A DNA stretch of 64,000 nt, taken from Chrysomallon squamiferum (lineage: Eukaryota; Animalia; Mollusca). Under the pieces are notes generated by a model. That model saw only the letters and a program-made list of their open reading frames with translations. It was not told the origin of the DNA and did no database searches. Location: contig CM022672.1 of NCBI GenBank assembly GCA_012295275.1, positions 4,464,001 to 4,528,000 on the forward strand. Direction: 5' to 3'. This document shows, one piece after another, positions 55,513 through 64,000 of this stretch. The stretch's first letter is position 1. Every line of letters starts with the position of its first letter. The position numbers were made by a program, and so were the translations under genes.

Positions 55513-55896
55513 TGTATGTATGTATGTATATATGTATGTATGTATGTATGTATGAATATATGTATGTATAAATGTATGAATCTATGTACATGTATCTACG
55601 TATGAATTTATGTATTTAATTATATATATGTATGTACATATGTATGTTTGGTGTGTGTTTTTATTATGTTTGTATTTGTATGCATATATTTCAGCATTTC
55701 TATGTTTACGCGTGCATGCATGTACGTGCGTAAGTACATAGTTATGTATGTGTGTTTCTGTATGCATATTATTTCAGTGAATTCTTCAGTATAAACTTAC
55801 TCAATAAACTGCAAGTTTTAAACCTGGGTAAATGAATTCTAAGGACTCTGTCTCGTTTATGTTTTTTTGTATTTTAAAGGCGGACGTATTTCCAAG

Positions 55897-63738
<7,842 letters not shown>

Positions 63739-64000
63739 GTGAGAAATCGAATCTTTTTCAATCAGTGTAACCAGTCCATCCAGACTGGCCTAGGTAGCTG
63801 GTTTTTTTTATTTATTTAATCATACTGTATAGAAATGTAAAAATTATTAAAAAATTAAAAAAATAAATTTAAAAATAATAATAAAAAAATAAAAAGAAAA
63901 TTAATAAAAAAAATAAAATAAATTAAAATAAAAAAATAAATAAATAAATGAATTAAAAAAATGAATAAAAAATAATGATGATGATGATAAATGATGATGA

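Overview
AT-rich, microsatellite-laden animal genomic DNA. Gene content and repeat style suggest a lophotrochozoan, probably a gastropod mollusc (inference). I built five spliced protein-coding genes by hand from GT/AG sites with consistent intron phases. (1) A 3-exon ANTP/NKL homeobox gene with an eh1 motif (+, 3991-6289). (2) A complete 17-exon FAM184A/B-family coiled-coil gene (-, 9866-46233, ~1103 aa). (3) A 2-coding-exon FMRFamide/sex-peptide-receptor-like class A GPCR nested antisense in FAM184 intron 7 (+, 34021-37421). (4) A 4-exon gene for a ~213-aa predicted secreted protein I cannot name, which looks like a long-chain four-helix (IL-6/Unpaired-type) cytokine and has kB/STAT-like sites upstream (+, 49216-52647). 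(5) An SLC18 vesicular transporter with portabella-type rather than VMAT-type residues (+, from 55897, running off the window end). The window also holds SINE relics, two Tigger/pogo-like MITEs, a ~360-bp foldback and local tandem repeats. The top candidates for novelty are the putative invertebrate helical cytokine and the portabella-like orphan transporter. All family assignments come from recalled motifs; no searches were run.
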